Shown here piece by piece: positions 6,269 through 8,306 of a stretch of DNA of 8,306 nt (the stretch's first letter is position 1; every line of letters starts with the position of its first letter). Location: positions 1 through 8,306 of the forward strand of contig JBHLPL010000085.1 in the NCBI GenBank assembly GCA_048939465.1, given 5' to 3'. A program made the position numbers and the translations under genes. The stretch is from Promethearchaeota archaeon (lineage in GTDB: Archaea > Asgardarchaeota > Odinarchaeia > Odinarchaeales > JBHLKK01). The notes under the pieces were generated by a model. That model made no database searches and had not been told where the DNA came from. It saw only the letters and a list, made by a program, of their open reading frames with translations.

Positions 6269-8306
6269 TTGAGAAGAAGCTTCCAAAAACCAATACTTGT
6301 CGTATTCTTAATGCTGGCTGCAGTCTTTTCATTCCAACTACCGATTCTTCTTCCCGCAAAGGCAAATGGCTCTCCAACTGTGTATCATAACGGAGTAGAG
6401 ACATTTGAATGGGATCCGGCCCTTTATAGCGAATGGGATTACCGAATAAGGGTTAGTGTAACTGAACCAGATTCCGTCAACAGAACGAATGAGCCAGTCA
6501 ACGTGTACCTTGAGTTCCCTTCGGGTTTTGCCAGGGAAAAGAACATCCATGTGAAGTTTTATAACGGCACCTGGTATCCTGTGCCCTATCAGGTTTGGAA
6601 CACAACAGGAACGCCTTATTTAACCTCTTGTACGATTACGTTTCTCTCGAATATCACCAAAGGAAACACCGTTTATTACTATGTTTACTTTACAGGGAGT
6701 TCTTCTCCTACGGCGCCAGTATCTGATACATACGTTACCTATGATAACGATAGTGGCGTTATTACTGCTTTTAATTATCGGGCAACAATGAATCTAGATT
6801 ATGGATTTCTAGATGATTTCATAATAAACGACGAAGACCTGATTGGCTCGGTTTATAATTATTACGGCGGGTCTGTGGAAGCAGGGATTATTACAGACTG
6901 GAGACGTGACGAAATAGACGGAACAGAAGATACAGCAAGTTTGGATAATTCACGGTCAATATTCGGCCCCGACTGCCCCGTTTTTACCAGACTTGTCATA
7001 AACAAAACAACCGATTACCCGTCTGGCTACCCGTCCAAAGACGGATCAGATATCGACAGGGTATGGACATTCTATCCTAACTACTTCACACTTGAAGTTA
7101 GATATGATCGTAAATATGATTACCAAGCTACCTACGTCGTCTACGGCAGAAGCTTCCACAACGGAAGCTCGGGAAACCCCGTCTACTGGGCTACTGCAGT
7201 AGAAAATTACACAAGATACGGTACTGAATATGTTAGGTCTGCCACCATCGACGGTAGCGATTATGGTGACAATATGCAGTATTACGATATTTCTGGCTGG
7301 CAATGGTTCGGGGTATATAAGACTAACCATTATGCTTACTCGTGCGTTGCTACCCAGGACTCCGATATAAATGCGATATACTATTCTGATAGAAGCTCCT
7401 ATTACACAAGGCCCCCCAGGTATGGTGCAATGGGGTGGGCGTATTCCGTGTCATCTGGAGTCCTTCCTCATGACCTTGAAGCCAAACTCTTTTATTTCCC
7501 CCATGGACCCCAACCCAGTTATTCCGACTATGAGTTTGCTATGAGCGACCATGCAAGGGTGAATAACCCCGTTACTAGCACTAATGGATCCATTGAATAT
7601 CGAATCCTCAATCTCTTGGAAGTAGAAGCTCTCGACTATGATGGGAACTATATCTCGAATCTCAAAGTTCAACTATCTAATACGACACTTGAAAGAAATG
7701 AAACGACTGACGAAGGCATCGCAGAATTTGACGATCTCGAAAGCGGAGTCTACGACATGAGTTTCTGGTACAACATAGATGGCACTGAATATCAGGTATC
7801 CGCAAATTTCACAAGTCTGAACTTCAATCCGGGATATACAAGAAAGAGCATAAGCATCGCAAATTGCAGTCTCCGAACTCTTCATATGTATCTCCAAGAT
7901 GAAGACTATGGGTTGCCACTATACGATTACACCCTGAGGCTAAACTCCACAACGAATAGCATAGATATAAACGCCACAACCGACGAGAATGGAAATCATA
8001 ATTTCACTCTCTTGACTTATCAAAGCGATTTCTATAATATCAGTGTTTATGATCCCGATGATATTGAGCAGACTGCCAATGAGACAGGAGTTAATCTAAA
8101 CAGCTCGTCACTTGGGGTACCGCCAACCTTGGTACTGACCCTTATTCCCCCGCTAAATATAACAACATTGACCCATGCATATTCAAACAGCTCCATAGAT
8201 TACATCAGCACTATACAAACGGGGAGACTCATTACGCCAACCTACGCTGAGGTCTATTATGGGGACAATGTCACCTTCTCAATATCTTTCATAGATGTTA
8301 CATACG
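6269..8306 (+). CDS. Large secreted or cell-surface glycoprotein (S-layer/adhesin-like), 3'-truncated by the window end
   Basis: Translated by hand: the frame is open from TTG 6269 (GTGAG SD-like at 6259-6263) to the window end, 679 codons with no stop. Signal peptide MRRSFQKPILVVFLMLAAVFSFQLPILLPAKA|N; N-terminal WDYRIRVSVTEPDSVNRTNEPVNV...PVPYQV...YYYVYF domain; Tyr/Thr/Asn-rich beta content; about 23 N-x-S/T sequons. Confidence 0.9.
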   Translation, partial: MRRSFQKPILVVFLMLAAVFSFQLPILLPAKANGSPTVYHNGVETFEWDPALYSEWDYRIRVSVTEPDSVNRTNEPVNVYLEFPSGFAREKNIHVKFYNGTWYPVPYQVWNTTGTPYLTSCTITFLSNITKGNTVYYYVYFTGSSSPTAPVSDTYVTYDNDSGVITAFNYRATMNLDYGFLDDFIINDEDLIGSVYNYYGGSVEAGIITDWRRDEIDGTEDTASLDNSRSIFGPDCPVFTRLVINKTTDYPSGYPSKDGSDIDRVWTFYPNYFTLEVRYDRKYDYQATYVVYGRSFHNGSSGNPVYWATAVENYTRYGTEYVRSATIDGSDYGDNMQYYDISGWQWFGVYKTNHYAYSCVATQDSDINAIYYSDRSSYYTRPPRYGAMGWAYSVSSGVLPHDLEAKLFYFPHGPQPSYSDYEFAMSDHARVNNPVTSTNGSIEYRILNLLEVEALDYDGNYISNLKVQLSNTTLERNETTDEGIAEFDDLESGVYDMSFWYNIDGTEYQVSANFTSLNFNPGYTRKSISIANCSLRTLHMYLQDEDYGLPLYDYTLRLNSTTNSIDINATTDENGNHNFTLLTYQSDFYNISVYDPDDIEQTANETGVNLNSSSLGVPPTLVLTLIPPLNITTLTHAYSNSSIDYISTIQTGRLITPTYAEVYYGDNVTFSISFIDVTY
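7613..8150 (+). repeat. Two degenerate protein-level beta-sandwich repeats (carboxypeptidase-regulatory/prealbumin-like) within the surface protein
   Basis: Unit 1: LEVEALDYDGNYISNLKVQL...NETTDEGIAEF...GVYDMSF. Unit 2: LHMYLQDEDYGLPLYDYTLRL...NATTDENGNHNF...FYNISV. Both share D-x1-2-G and TTDE(N)G motifs. Boundaries are approximate. Confidence 0.55.

Noticed and set aside
6338-7897. Four short minus-strand ORFs (6338..6550, 7046..7330, 7451..7672, 7673..7897)
   Set aside because: All fall inside the long plus-strand surface-protein frame, which has a signal peptide and coherent domains.
1-8306. Mobile element, CRISPR array, rRNA or tRNA
   Set aside because: No transposase/integrase motifs, terminal inverted repeats, regularly spaced repeats or recognisable structural-RNA sequence were found by eye.

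Overview
Archaeal window, most consistent with an Asgard-type genome (inferred from gene content, not from a search). All eight supported genes lie on the + strand. In order: tfb (transcription factor IIB); a small two-TM protein matching the OST5/TMEM258 oligosaccharyltransferase-subunit pattern; a tight three-gene run of a 535-aa unknown with an acidic tail, a 256-aa unknown and an Rpn11/CSN5-like JAMM metalloprotease ending in a membrane anchor; a longin-like plus tandem winged-helix protein; a basic winged-helix protein; and a large secreted, sequon-rich surface protein (6269 to beyond 8306). The ORF track omits this last gene, apparently because it runs off the window edge. The most interesting signals are the tail-anchored JAMM isopeptidase with its two unknown operon partners, and the clustering of eukaryote-like membrane and trafficking modules (OST5, MPN+, longin-WH). 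All family calls are by-eye motif recognition and need profile or structure searches. No rRNA, tRNA, CRISPR array or mobile element was seen.
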